Assembly (NCBI GenBank): GCA_023213395.1
Contig: CM041465.1
Span: 167,221,741 to 167,285,740 of the forward strand
From: Cycas panzhihuaensis
Lineage: Eukaryota; Plantae; Cycadophyta
DNA length: 64,000 nt
Direction of reading: 5' to 3'
In this document: positions 27,448-41,655 of the stretch, in pieces
Layout of the letters: each line of letters begins with the position of its first letter
How positions within the stretch are numbered: the stretch's first letter is position 1
Made by a program: the position numbers and the translations under genes
The notes under the pieces: model-generated
What the model was told of the DNA's origin: nothing
Seen by the model: only the letters and a program-made list of their open reading frames with translations
The model's database searches: none

Positions 27448-27881
27448 ACATGTGATGCTCAACATGTCAAGGTAAGTTAAGGTAAGTTGAGTTAGTTTCA
27501 TTTGAGTTAAGTTAGTATTATTTTATTATTAATTTGAATTCAGGGGTTGAGGAGTTTCCTCCTCCCCAAACTATAAATGTTAAGGGTGTACAACCACCGG
27601 TGTCTTTAGACACCACCTACTTTTGAGGATGATTTGGAATACTCATGCTGCTACAATGGATTGAACAACAAGGCTCTCATGTGTTATGCTATTGTAATTG
27701 GTGATACACTGCTGTATTGATGCAATACTAGTTTGTACTTATTTGATATATGTTCTAACCTGTTAGTTTGCAAGCATATTTTCTATCACTTTGTATTAGA
27801 GCATTGTGGCTCCATATTATTTCCATCATTTGGTATCAGAGCTCAGTTTGGCTCATAGTTCTGCAAGTATATTTTCCTTCA

Positions 27882-28900
27882 AGTTAGTCATCTATAGCCT
27901 ATGAACATTGAGCTTGTTGACCAGTTTAAGTCATCAACTTCATTGTACCCATGTTCTCTGTAAACTCCTTCTAAAGTAGCTTCATTGTTGTTCCTTTCTT
28001 TAGTGGACATAATTCCATGTCATGGTCCTATGGTCCATAATCCTCACAAAGCTTATCTTCACCATATTGAAGGGCTAGACATTCTCAATAGTAATGTAAC
28101 TACTTATTATATACAAAACATCTTGGTGGCATAGGAATAATTAAAGACCTATCATTATATAGTGCTTTTCTAATTGGCTATCAATCCTAACTGTAAAAAA
28201 TAACTACTACCCCAACTAAAGTTTATCTAGAAGGAGTACATGTGTATTTTGGATGAAATGGGTAATATATAGTAGCATGACCCATATGTTTATTGTAAGT
28301 ACATAAAATATCTATTAGAGGGTTGTGGTGACCTAATTATATACTTTTGACATTCATTTATAAGATGTCTTTATGAACCATACTTCTAGCTTATCTAATA
28401 TTGGATTCCATAGTTCTATAGTTAAAACCACTAATCTATATTTTAGATTATTTTTCAATCTCTTGTGGATATTCTTTAGTTGTGACTTAGTGTCACTAGC
28501 TTGATTCACCTCCTTCTGTCTTTGTTCTTAAGCTATCCTTCTTTAATATCTTTCCTCTAATTGAAGATCTCCTCTTAATGGTTAAACATATATCTCAGGA
28601 GCTATATCCTCTCATTTATCTTGATAGTATGATAATAATCATTCCATGAACTAGTGTAAAATTTAGTCATCCCTTGGTTTAGAATTCAATTTACACACTA
28701 AAATTTATAACCTTCTATCAAACTCTTTCCTTAACTTAAAATATTTCTATTATAAAATACCCTAACTATGCATGACTGAGGCATTATTTCAGTCATCCTT
28801 GAATCTTTTCTTAAATTTTATTTGAATGCCATCCCAACCTTTAAATTATTTCTCCATAAATTTGAATCATACCATTTGATAGGGTAGTGATTCCTTCAAT
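27882..28900 (-). pseudogene. Decayed gypsy gag region, probable continuation of 17900-22930
   Basis: Zinc-knuckle-like CTYNKHMGH near 28275-28305. Same strand and decay level as the pol on the other side of the insertion. Confidence 0.45.
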
Positions 28901-28909
28901 AATAAAGCA

Positions 28910-31805
28910 TGTCAGAAAAACAAAGTAATTTAGAGTGAAAAATAGAACTAAATTTTATAAGAACACCTTTCTTCTTTTTAATTTCTATCTTTCTATTATA
29001 CAACTAGTAAAAACTAAAAAGTTAAGTTTTTGTAATATAAAAAATATATAAATTTAAGGCCCTTGGCTAACTAAAAATCCTAACTACTATCCCCTAAATT
29101 TAGGAAATTGTCTTGGAGTAAAAATACCCCTAAAACTTTCTATTTTTAGTAAACCTTTAAAAGTTCTCCAAATCATACAAAAACTATCCTATGGGTTGTT
29201 AAATATACCATAGGTCCTACAAAAATGCTAGTAAAGTAAAATTAATCCTATAACTAAGAAAATTAATACCTTCGGAATCTTACAAAAGTGATAAATAATC
29301 ATAAAATTCAATATTAGGCTACTAGATGATAATGGATGGACTTAAAATTTTTAAAAATGATGTCATAATTAATGAAATAATTAATATGATGTACACATTT
29401 TAAAGATTTATGTTAGAAAAAAGGGCCAAAATAAACACTTGGATCAAAAGTTATGACCCTTGTATATTGACCCTCTAAATTTATAATTCATAAATGCTCC
29501 CATATCCTCCTCCCTTATTGAAAATAACTTAACTCCTATGAGTTATTATGTTTGAACTCCTACCAATTATCCATATTAAGTTTCTTTAATTCAACTTTTA
29601 AAATCTAGGCATTTCCCTCCTGTTATAGCCTTTTCCATTGGACTAAATACCTATTATAACTAACCTACCTTATATTAATTATTTTCTTATCTAGTACTTG
29701 TTCAATTTCTTCCCTCTTCTTCCTTAGTATTTATTATCTCTAATTTACCTCTTGTACCTCATCTTTTACCTCATCATCTTTTTCTTAAAAGGTATACAAA
29801 TCAAAAACATTAAATATATGTGAAGTATCAAGGTAATGAGGTGTATTCACCTCATAAGCATTGCTATTAACTTCCTTTATAGTTTTGGATGGACCTATCT
29901 TTTAATATTTTAGCTTCTTATATGTATATTAAAGAAATTTATTCTTCCTCAAATATAACATCACTAAACCCCTCTTTGAAAGTACCTTATTTCTTCTACT
30001 TATATATGCCACTAGGTTATATTTATCATTATGGTATTGTAATTTTCTCCTCACCTCAACATACACCTATTGCATGTGTTTTATAAAGGCTTTTGCATCA
30101 TTTCTTATCCTATCACTAATGGGTGATTATGTTAAATTTAGTACTCTCTTAGGATTCTTACCATAAACAATATGAAATAGTGACTTACCTATAAATCTAT
30201 TTATAAAGTTATTATAAGTAGATTTAGTTTGTACCAATGTTAAGTCCTACTACTTGGGTTTCTCTCTAATAATATATCTCAATAAGTTTTCTAAATTTCT
30301 GTTTAACATTTTTATTTATCTAGCAGTTTGGAGATAATAAGCATTACTTAATTATAGCTTTATCCCTAATTTCTTCTATAATGTTTTCTAAAAATGACTC
30401 AAAATTTTGGTATCTCTATTGAAAGTGATAGTCTTCAACACCCTATGCAACCTAGTAGCCTCCTTGAAAAATAAAATTATTATTCATGTTACATCACTAG
30501 TCTTTCTGCATGTAATAAAATAATCTATTTTTTAGAATCTATCAACATTAACAAATATAGAGTCATTACCTTATTAGGTGTTAGGAAATCACAATATAAA
30601 ATCTATGTTCAAATCTATCTATACCTTCTTATACTAGTAATGATATACATAGTCTAGTATCATGTGTATGCCCTTTATCCACCTAACAATTCCTACACCT
30701 TTCTATATATTATATAACAACCTACTTTATCTTTAGCTAAAAGTACTATTCCTCCCCCAAAAATTTGTTCCTACTAAGATGCTCTTCAAGTCTTTTACTA
30801 TATAATTTCCTTATAATATTGTCCCTCATAGACCTAATGGAAATATATAATTGTTTTCCTTTAAACAAGTATCCATCCTACATAAAATACTCATCATACT
30901 CAAATCCATTCCCATTAACTAAGTGATTCTTTTAATGTTTTATAACTTTTTCAAATGATAGATCATCATCATATAAATATTTTAAAGCATAAAATCTAAC
31001 TACTTCATTTACCATAATGGTTAATAGTACTACCCTTCTATTCAATACATCAATGACTTGATTTTGTTTTCTTGATTTATGCACCAGGATAAAAGTAAAG
31101 TCTAATAAATATGATACCTACTTTACATACATAGAATTAAACTATTTTTTCATGTTTATATATCCTATTGCCTAATGATCTATAAATAAGATAAATTCCT
31201 TAAGCATAAGATAGTACCACTAATGCCTTAATGTCTAAATAATAGTAGAGAATTTTATATCATAAGTGTAATACTTCTTCCTTACCTCATTCAATTTCTT
31301 ATTGTAATATGTTATTAGCCTTCCATCTTGACTTAATATGGCTCCAATAGCCACATGTAGGGCATCACAATCAACCTTAAATATCTTTCTAAAATTTGAC
31401 AGTGCAAATACAAGTGCCTTTATCACCTTTTATTTCATTAGTATACAGATTCATTTTGTTTCCTTATTCAAGATAACCTTCTTTCCCCTAATACAATATG
31501 TTAAAGGAGCAATGATACCACTAAAATTTCTAATGAAATTTCTATAAAATATGTGTAAACCATGGAAGCTCCTTACCTTTTTCACATTCTTAGGTGTAGT
31601 CCATTCAATAGTGGCTCTAATTTTCTCCTCATCTATCTGCAACCCATCCTTAGATATTATAAATCCTAAAAGTATTAGTCTACTCTATATAAACTTATAT
31701 TTATTCAATTATATATATAACTTCTCTTTCCTCAATATATGTAACACTATTATCAAGTGTAAGAAATGATTCTCCTTAGTTTTACTATATACCGAAATAT
31801 CATCA
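28910..31805 (-). mobile_element. CRM-like gypsy 3' half (RT end, RNase H, integrase, probable LTR)
   Basis: DDISVYSK, VRSFHGL, FKVDCDA..IGAILSQDGRLI..KLNE; integrase about 29850-30650. Interrupted at the RT DD motif. Confidence 0.8.
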
Positions 31806-32693
31806 ATAAGAATAGATATATGCTAACTAAGCACTTACAAGCATGCCAAAGAAAACCAAAGAGAACTAAAATATATATCAATGTATAATCTCATAAAAGT
31901 AATAGTACATAACATTTCTTTCTTTATAGTTTATAGACCTTAAAGAGATAAGAAGGTCCTTTTATATGGAATACTATTTTTAGGATAAACAACCTTTATT
32001 TTTATTGGTGAACTTAAGTGTCTTGCATATAAAAGTTAGAGGATATCACTGAACACCTAATTCTTTAGTCATATATTCCAACAATCTAGTCTTGTCCCTC
32101 AATATGATGAGTCCTTAAATCCAAAGATATGTGGTTACTACTTAATAAATTTAGTTGATTTCTATATTACCTCTTTAAGCTCACAACCAACCTACTATAC
32201 CAAATACTCATATATGGTCTTATTTTGAAGGCAACATTATTTCTTATCAAACATAAATTTTAACAAGATAGTGAGGAGTTGTTCTTCATCCAAGACTCGA
32301 AGAAGTTCTTAGAGAATAGTGTCCTGACCAAGGTATTTCTTAAGATATAAAATGTGAAAAATATTATATCTCTTAGTGTTGGGTGGGAATTCTAGTGTAT
32401 AAAAGAATTCACCAATCCTTTAGAGCACTTTGTAAGGACCATAATAGTATGGGTTGAGATTTTGGATTTTATGGTTCTTAAAGAGATTACTACTTATATG
32501 GTTGGAAGTAACAAAATGTAAGGTCACTGATTAAAAAGGAGTGATTAGAATGGTGGTGGTTTGTGAGTTACTTTATATAAAAGTCTAGGTAGTGTCTAAG
32601 TTTTATTTAATGGTATTTAGGATCTAATCTATATGCTAAATTTTTTTTTGGATAAAAGTTATTCTGAGATTGGTTATTAGAATATGATAGTTA
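31806..32693 (-). mobile_element. Chromovirus 3' fragment (integrase end, chromodomain, LTR about 31806-32083) related to 10034-16709
   Basis: Reverse complement aligns with 15720-16400 (KLSPHYYGPYKV-like, EYLV). LTR starts TGTTGG at 32083 on minus. Confidence 0.75.
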
Positions 32694-35600
32694 AGTGGTG
32701 AAATGAGTTATATCAATATTCAACTAATGCTAATAATTTCCCCATAATTGGTTTTCTTACCACAATTAGGTCTATATCTAGGTTGGTTATCTTAATCTAC
32801 TCAATGGTTATCTCTTCCACTTCTTAGATAGTATGATTTATTAATGGTTTACCTTTGGTTGATCATCTCATGCTTTAGTCTCTAATTTAGACATACTTGG
32901 CCACTCATTATATGATTTTAAGCTATGGAATATTAATCGAGCATTTGTTTGTATATGATGGTGATGATATTTTTGCCAATAATTGATACTATGATGTGTT
33001 ATTAAACTTATATTCAATATAGTTGTCATCATGCCCCAAGTTTTCCCTTATTCATTTGACTTTTTGTTTAGTATGATCCAGTGATTTAATTATTTTTAGC
33101 CTCATTTCAATTACTTTTTAGCCTAAGTTTACAATATTTTAAGCCCTATCTATGTATTTTCTAATCTTAGATGCCTTGATAAGTTATTTCTCCTAAAATT
33201 GCTTCATATTTTATGCTTTTTTAGTGACATTTTATTTTGTCTCACTTTTTGTATTATCAAAAATATGACTTTATAAATAAAATGTGATGATTGTATTTTT
33301 AGTGTAAAATCACGTTTTTGACTATCATAACTATAAAATTTAATATAGAATGCTAATTTTTCATGATTTTCTTTATGGCAGCTTCCCAAATTCAAAGTTT
33401 GGCATTATCCCACCTACCCTACTTACCTTCTAATTATCTTACCTTACTTGATTTAGAGATTTAGTTGTTGTGAATCATCAAAACTATGGGTAATAAACCA
33501 TGGTTTTCTTTCCCATCTTTCTCCCTCTTACTCTCTATAAATCCATGTGCATTTTTAGAGTTCAGGAGAGAGTGTTTGATGTAATGAAATGTTGCCTAAT
33601 TTTTGCCAACCATCACTAGTGATTACTTACTACCTAGATGTTGATTAAAGACTAGTCTTCTTAGAAAGTTATTGATTCTATTGGAAGGATTAAAGGATTT
33701 CTTTCATCTCAATTATTGTCCAGTTATGAGATCCACCTTTTCACTCACCTAATGGGATTATTTTCTTGTAGTTTTTACTAGTTTCTTGTCTATATCTTGC
33801 TCTTCTACAACATTCCTTCTATCAAACTTGTCATTTCCATGATACTTAGGGTTTGATGGCAATATGTTGAATAGAAGTGAAGCATCAATCAATCTTAGGC
33901 TCACAATACTGATTTTTCCCATATTAGAGGTAACTTTTGATGAATTGGTCATTAGCTTTAGAAATTAGTCTTAGTTTTTTTTTAATTCATCCTCAAATAA
34001 AAGAAAAAGTGTTTCCGTTATCATTTTTCTTTCATTTTCATTAAAGCTTAGTTGCTTTTACTCACTTACTTAAGTGATTTGGGTAAGAATCAAACCCATT
34101 TTGATTCCTAGGCTTTTATCATATTGTTGAAGTCATAAAAAGACTATTTTCTAGAATTGAACCAATTTCAAATTTTGGTTGTAGTCCTTTATTAAGTAAT
34201 CACATTCACATACCCCTACTTATTCTAATTCACAACTCTTAATGAATTTGGCCCCCAAAAAGGGTTAAAGTAAATTAAGCCAAACTCTTGTAAGGAGGTG
34301 AATGATAAGTAGAATAGATCTTAATGTAAGTATTTCAACTCTCTTTCATAGAGTTGTAGGTGGATTAAACTATTTGTCTTTCTTATTAAAAGTTCTTTTT
34401 GTACCACATGGTTATTATTAGAATTTTGTTAAGCTTGTAAAGTTTTATTTGAAACCCTTTTTCTTTGAAGAAATTATTACAATATCAATTTTATCTTTTC
34501 TTTTATTAATAAGTAACATTTTTAAATGAGGATAAATTAGATAAGTAAAGTCATTGACTTAAGCTATTCCATAAGATACTCATCTCTTATCCTAATACTT
34601 GCAATATTTTTTCTTTAGTTTCCAAGTTTCATAAGTAAACAAAGAGAAAAGAAGAAAATGAAATAAAAAAGTGTGTTTCTTATATTGATTGATTACTTTG
34701 TTTGACTCTTCCATCTTGATTGCACATATAAAAAGATAAGATAATTAAGAAATTATTGAGTAGGTTTAGAACTAAGAGCTTGTGATTATGCAATTGTTTA
34801 CTTCTTTCATTCTTTCATTTCCTATTGAGTAAATCTAAAAGATAAAAAAAAAAAACTAAAAGAATAGCCATTATGATATGCATAAGTGTAATAGAGGTTC
34901 CTAGACTCCTTTGTCACTTGTATGCTTAGTTGTTTCCTATTGATCACAAGTTATTTAAAAAGTATAAAAAAGAAAGAAAGGAAGGAATTGCATTCATATC
35001 TCATACAATTTGGTTGACTATATGTTAGTCTTTATTATATCCATTCAAAGTAATATTACATGCTAGATTTGTATATAGGCTTGGTTTGTTATTATTTACT
35101 GTGATTTAATTTGATTAAATCTATATTTATTTTCCTCATACATATGTGAATTATTTTAAAGCTTAAACTGGTTTAATTCCTTTACCTTTGATCAAGTCCA
35201 CAAGTAGATTAGATCTCTTATTAGAGGTTGGTTGAAAGGGTTATCCCTTGAGATCCATTACCTTTAGTTGACCCTCTCATAGACTCACTCTGGGTGATTG
35301 GCCCCAAGTCATGATACCATTTATGGTGACCATATCATGAATATGCCAAAGCTTCCTAGTTATACATTTTAAACCTACATATTTCACATTCAGTTGAGAT
35401 CTTTTATAAGATACTTTCACTTTATTGGATTTTCCCCTACTTGAATACTCCTTCAATTGGATAAATCCCTTTATCCTCATCTTGGGTCTTTATCCTTTCC
35501 TTGAGTTCCCATTGTTAGCTTTATGTCTTTATTTCAATGGACATTCCTCCTCACCATACTCAATGTAGGAGATTAAGGAGGCAATAAGGCCTCCCTCCTC

Positions 35601-38600
35601 AAGACCTTGAGTATGATTATTATTAGAAGTATGAAGCCCATAATGGCTATCTACTTTATGAAGACTATTCTAGGTATGAAGGTTATGAGACATATGTCTA
35701 CCCTCCCAATAGTTCAGTTAACTTATATAAAGCCCCCATTAAATAAGGTTATTTTGATCACCCTCATACACACATGGGAAATCCATCCCTGGTAGTCTCT
35801 TTAATTGATCAAGAAGAGGTTCATGTTAGTCATGTTGCCCATCCACTTTCAAAACCTATGCTCACTAGGATTCCTTCTCCTATCCTTATCTTAGGCTATT
35901 AAGACCCCTTTCATCAAGATACCCACAATATAACGTTGTCTTCATATCTGCCCCTTGACTAACATCAAGAGAATCCTGATCCTCTTTCTCAAGAGCATCA
36001 AACCCTTCATGAAATTCACCCTCATATATTTAATGTTTTACCTTATCCTTTTCCTTCCCATCCTCCTATCCTGAAGGCACCCCCTATCCCACCTAGTGAG
36101 ATAGGGAACACTAGGTTGGTTCACTCCTAACCTTAAGTACTAGTTAATACCATGCAATGAGGACCTTAAGTTCCTCTTATACCCTTTATTTCATATGATG
36201 TTCTACTTGAGAGCTCTACTTAGGAACAACAACTTACCTTAGGTTACCCATATCAAGAATCCACATCACATTAGTTCGAGTATTCAAGACCTAGTAGGGA
36301 ACCATCCCTTGTATGTAGGTACAAGTGCCTTCACGTTACTTCATAGGTTCCACAAGTTAATAGAGACATCCTTTATTATGGTATCTCTTAGCCTCGTTAA
36401 AGGAATCCTCATCCCTTACCCTACCAAAATATGACATATAATGTGAAACCACCTCCTTCTCAATCTCATAAGGGGATTACACCTTTTGATCCTCCATACC
36501 CTATATATGATACCTATATTGGTGCATAAGGTATATTAGGAAGTTCTCATGCACATATTCCTTTTAACCAACACATGAACCAATAGTAAATTCTAAGATC
36601 TATAAGAGGGCCCACATTGTCCTATGGTCCTAGACCTTACTACCCTCATCAACCCTATCCATAACACATAGTTCCTCCTCTCTAGTACACCCCAACAACA
36701 TCTTATCCCTTAAATAGAAACCCATTATAAGCCTACCATATGGTTCACTCCTTATCATATACCTTCTTGTCCACTCTATTATGATTAACCCCCACATGGA
36801 ACTTCCATGGTTTATCAACAACCTCCTCCTCAACACTCTTCTATGTTGAGGTCTATAAGGACATTTTTAAATTACATGAGATCCCCCTTTCCACAAGAGG
36901 CCCTCCTCTCATCCATACCTTCTTTTCTTCTTGAATTACCCAAGTTTTTAGGGGAGCATTCACAAGATCTTACTAAGCATGTGTAAGCTTTTATATGTAT
37001 ATGTGTTGATTTCCTCCTCTATGATTATTTCATGATGAGATTGTTCCCTAAATTACTTTAAGGTGATGCCTTAAAGTGGTTTTATCATCTCTAATTTACT
37101 TCAATGTTTATATTCTAGTATCTAGTTGATGCCTTCATCAACTATTTTGACATTGCTAGGCCATTCAAAATGGGAAATAAGTCCCTCCTATCTATTAAAT
37201 AAAATAATGATGAATCATCCTAATATTACATGAGACAATTCTAAGACCTAGTTCATGTTTATCACTTTCACCTTGATTTAGGTCTCCTTTTTGACATTTT
37301 CACTAATGCATTAAGATCTCATATTTATTTAGAAGTGCTTAAGATTAGTCCACAAACCTATGAGGAGGCCATATATAAATGCTTAGCTATTGAAGCCTTT
37401 ACGATCCAAGAAGGAATTAAGAAGATAGGTAAGCTTAGGCTAGCTAAAGAATCAACTCTAGGGCCCAAACCTAATCAGGGCAATCATACAAATGATCATC
37501 TTGCATCTTCTATTAGGGCCCTTAATTATATTATCAACATGAAATTGCATGGTAAGAATCCTTCTACTTTTTAATAGAAGCAAGAAACCAAAGTTACCCA
37601 CTATACTAAGGGAAAGAAACACCAAGATCCTTCTCTTCCTTCAATAAAGAAAACCCCTTAGTGTTCTTATCACCAAACTAACACTCATGAGAGGGATCAA
37701 TATCAACTAATTTAAGATATAGGTCATAAGACCAAAACTACTAATAATCCTACATCTAAGCCAAATCAATAATAATTAATCCATAAATTCCCCTTGACTG
37801 AACATAATCTTAAGAATGCTAAGGGCAAAGATAAAGGTAAAGACAAAAAAATAATATGATTGATAAAGAGAGTATGAGCTCTTAACCAAACAAGAAATGT
37901 ACCACCTCATCTAAGGGAGGTGGTAAGCAAACTAGTAACCAAAACTAGATGCCTTTCAAAGGTAACGAGACTAAGAGAACAATTAATATAGTTGAGACAA
38001 CAAAAAATCTTGGTGTATCCAAATACTTTGAAGATTTTCCAATTAAAGACCTTGATTCTTTTCTTCTTATTCCTCCATGACCTATTCATTTTAATTCCAT
38101 TCCTTCTACTTCAAAAGATGGATCTTTCTCAATAGTTAATGAGTTGAAATCTATTTTTACTATTTATTAAAGAGTTGCCTAGAGTAATGTTAACTCCTAT
38201 TTAACACTTTAGGTATTTCTACCCCCAACTCCCTAATAAACCTTACCCTTTTATTTGATCCCTCTATTCTACCTAATGAAATGAAATAAAGCCCTAACAA
38301 CATTCCCCCATTCTACATTGAGATATATAAAGAAGACATTAATATTTAATGAGTCATTATTGATGAAGGTTCATTCATAAATATAATCCCTCTTCATTTA
38401 GTAGAAGACCTAGAAATTACTGCCTATGACCCTTGTGAGTGGATATATCAAGGGTACAATAAGAACCAAAATGTATCACTAGGGCAAGTCACTCTCCCTC
38501 TCACCTTAGAAAGGAAGATAATTATAGTTGACCTTACCATAATAAACATAGACTTGGAATATAAAATTATTTTAGGAAGACCTTAGATGAATCAAATATC

Positions 38601-41600
38601 CACTATCTATTCCTTCCTCTTTGGTAAACATAAGTTCATTTATGAGGGAGAATTGAAGGTGGTAAAGTAAAAACATGAACCTATTAAGTAATTTATTCCA
38701 TTAGTGGAAACTATCTTAGAGATAGGGGAGTCCTCTAACTCCTCTAAATATTTCTTTTAATTCTTAGGCCTTAGATAATACTTTTCCATTAAGACTCTTT
38801 CCACATCTAAATAGGAAGTTAAAGTAGTTAACATAGTATTCCATTAGGGGAAAGATTTTCATCACATCATTTTGGTGTGGAAACATTTCAAACCACTTTG
38901 AAACCTTTCTTGATTCCTACTCCTTTACAAGAGACTTTCCCCCTCCACTTTATAAGTTATTTGTCCAATCTTATTCAAATGGAACAAGATCTTAGTCATC
39001 ATGCCCTTTTATCTCCATAATAGGCTAATAATGATGATGGCATATTATAAAGTAATCTGCTCTTACCTTAAAAAACCACTTCCCTAAGTTCATCCTCTAG
39101 TGAACCTAATTTCATGCATGTCCTTTATTTACATCATTTGAACAATGCCTTAAACATCACCCTACCTATTTCTTACCCTTTGAAGCAAGCACCTTTATCT
39201 TGGGCTCTTACTTATTCATCTAATGAAGTAACTTATTATGTATCTCCTTTCCAAACTACTTGGTTCAATTGGTAGGGTGAGAAAATCCTCATGCATAGAC
39301 ATCCCAACCTCTCACCTCCATAAGGTAAAATGTCCTCTTTATATACCTCACTTAGACCAAGTCTAACACATAGGAGAGAGATCAGAGATGTTAATATAAT
39401 TACTACAATCTCTCTCCTAGTTAAGGAGACTATTCTAGAATATATTATATCATCCCTTATTTATGTATCCTTTCTTACAAATTATCTCTTCATTAGTAAA
39501 TTTAGTTTTCATCAGATTATGTAGTTAGATTAGGAATTTCTCAAGCAACTTGGTCTACTTTCATATATTCGCATGATAATAGACATCTTCATAACATAGG
39601 ACCATGTCTTACCTATGAAGTCACCTTCCTCAGATTTACCTCATTATTATCACTCTCAACCTAAAAGTTCTATCCTTAGAGACCTCTTCCATCTTAATCA
39701 TATTAAGAACGATGAGGTAATTCTTGAGCACTTAGTTGGAGCCTTACCCAACTTCCTCCTCAATCATCTCAAATCTAGTTTTGGTAAGCACTTACATGCT
39801 AATTCACCTTTGGCTAACTTGAATCAACCATCACATGATCCTCCACCTTTTATAAGCCCTACCCCTTCTAACTTTGAGAAGTGAAATTTTATGCTTATTA
39901 GTGAGACAACAAACATAAATTTGGAGATGGGTGAAGCTCCAAAAATAATCAAAGTGGGAGTAGAATACACCCTAGAATAAGTAAAATAACTCAAGGACCT
40001 CTTCCAAGAATTTGTATTAGTATTTTCTTGGGATTATGATGATATGTAGGGCCATCACCTTAATGTCATAGTCCATAATAGCACCACAATTCTAAGGGAC
40101 AAGCCTAAAAGGTAGAAACAAAGACCTATTCACCCTCATCTATCAACAACTATTAAAGAGGAAGTTGAGAAACTTATAAAGACAAGATTCATCAAGAGTA
40201 TTAACTATTCATAACAGGTCTCCAACATAGTTTCTATTACAAAAAAGAATGGATCAATTTAAATATGCATAATTTTTTTGATGTTAATGATGTCTGTCCT
40301 AAGGATAATTTCCTTCTCCTATTCTTGAATTAAATTTAGAGCTAGACTACTAGTTTTGAAGTCATATCCCTTATGGATGGTTTATTAGGATATAACTAGA
40401 TTCTAATATATCTTAAGGACCATCACGAGACTACCTTTACCACTCCATGGGGAATATTTTCCTACAAGGTCATTCATTTAGCCTTAAAAATGATGGAGCC
40501 ACCTACCAATAGGCTATGGGTTTTATTTTTCATGATTATGTTGGAGTGATAATAGTTTTGTACTTAGATGACATGCTTGCCCTATCCCATTTTAGGAGAG
40601 ATCATATTCAAGATTTGAGAACCATCTCTGAACAATGCCATAAAATTGACCTTTGTCTCAATCCAACTACATGTGTGTTTATTGTTACTTTAAGAAAGAT
40701 GCTAGGAAATATAGTCTCCCATGATAGTATTAAGGTAGACCTCAAAAAGGTAAGAGTTATTATCAAAATACCACCCTCATAAACTCAAAAATAAGTCAAG
40801 TCATTTCTTGGTAAGTTGGGTTTTCTATGGTAGTTCATTATAGACTTTGCATTGAATACCAAGCCCCTTATTAACCTTCTTAGAAAGGGGGCTTCCCTAA
40901 CTTGGAATTCACCTATTCATGAGTCATTTGATAGATTAAAGTAAGCATTAATCTTAATCCCTATACTTGCTCCTCCCCTCTTTGAAAAGTACTTTATCTT
41001 ATATACATCCTTTAAGAAAGAATATGAATTCAGAAGAGAATGAGTTATTCACTTTATAAGTAGGACTCTTATTGCCACTAAACTCAACTATTCTCCTTCT
41101 AACAAAGAATGTTTGTCCTTAGTGCTCACCACTAATAAATTATGCCATTATCTTCTTGGTAGTACCACATTCCTCATTATCTAATTTGACCCTATTTGGT
41201 TCTTACTCACTAAGAGCAATCTTACTAGATTAGTAGGTAAATGGGCACTCCTCTTATATGAATTTGATTTCAAAATAATTAATTACAAATATAAGAAAGG
41301 TATGGTGGTTACTAAGATGATGGAAAAAACACCTTTTTCAAATCCAATTAATGAGTCTATTGATGATAGGTTCCTTGAAGAATAAATCCTTCAAGTAGAT
41401 ACTATCCCACTAAAATAAAGATGGTATAAAGATATCAAGCCTTATCTCTTAAACTAAATCTTTCCTTCTTCACTTTCCTCTAGGAAGAAGAGGTGAATTA
41501 AAGTAATTACCTATTGGTATCTACTCTTAGATGATGTACTTTATAAGCATTCTTTTGATGGAATCCTATTAAGATACCTCTTATCTTTTAAGGCTCAAAA

Positions 41601-41655
41601 TACCTTGAATGAATGTCACGGTGGTATATGTAGAGGCCATTTGGTGATACTACAA
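32694..41655 (+). mobile_element. Tat-type gypsy element A: 5' LTR (about 32694-34408), leader, gag, PR, RT, RH, start of INT; 3'-truncated
   Basis: Pro/His-rich gag N-terminus; LPKFLG..FPK.L.GDALKWFY; protease IIDEGS; RT PKDNFLLL and YLDD at 40561; RH; INT ECHGGIC at about 41610. LTR termini AGTGGTG...TACCACA are tentative. Confidence 0.85.

Larger units (their letters stand above)
22931..27881 (+). mobile_element. Young non-autonomous copia-derived LTR element (TR-GAG/LARD-like)
   Basis: LTRs 22931-23407 and 27386-27881 differ at about 10 positions by eye. PBS TGGTATCAGAGC 23410-23421. PPT AAGGGGGAGAA 27375-27385. One gag-like ORF; no intact PR, INT or RT. Confidence 0.92.
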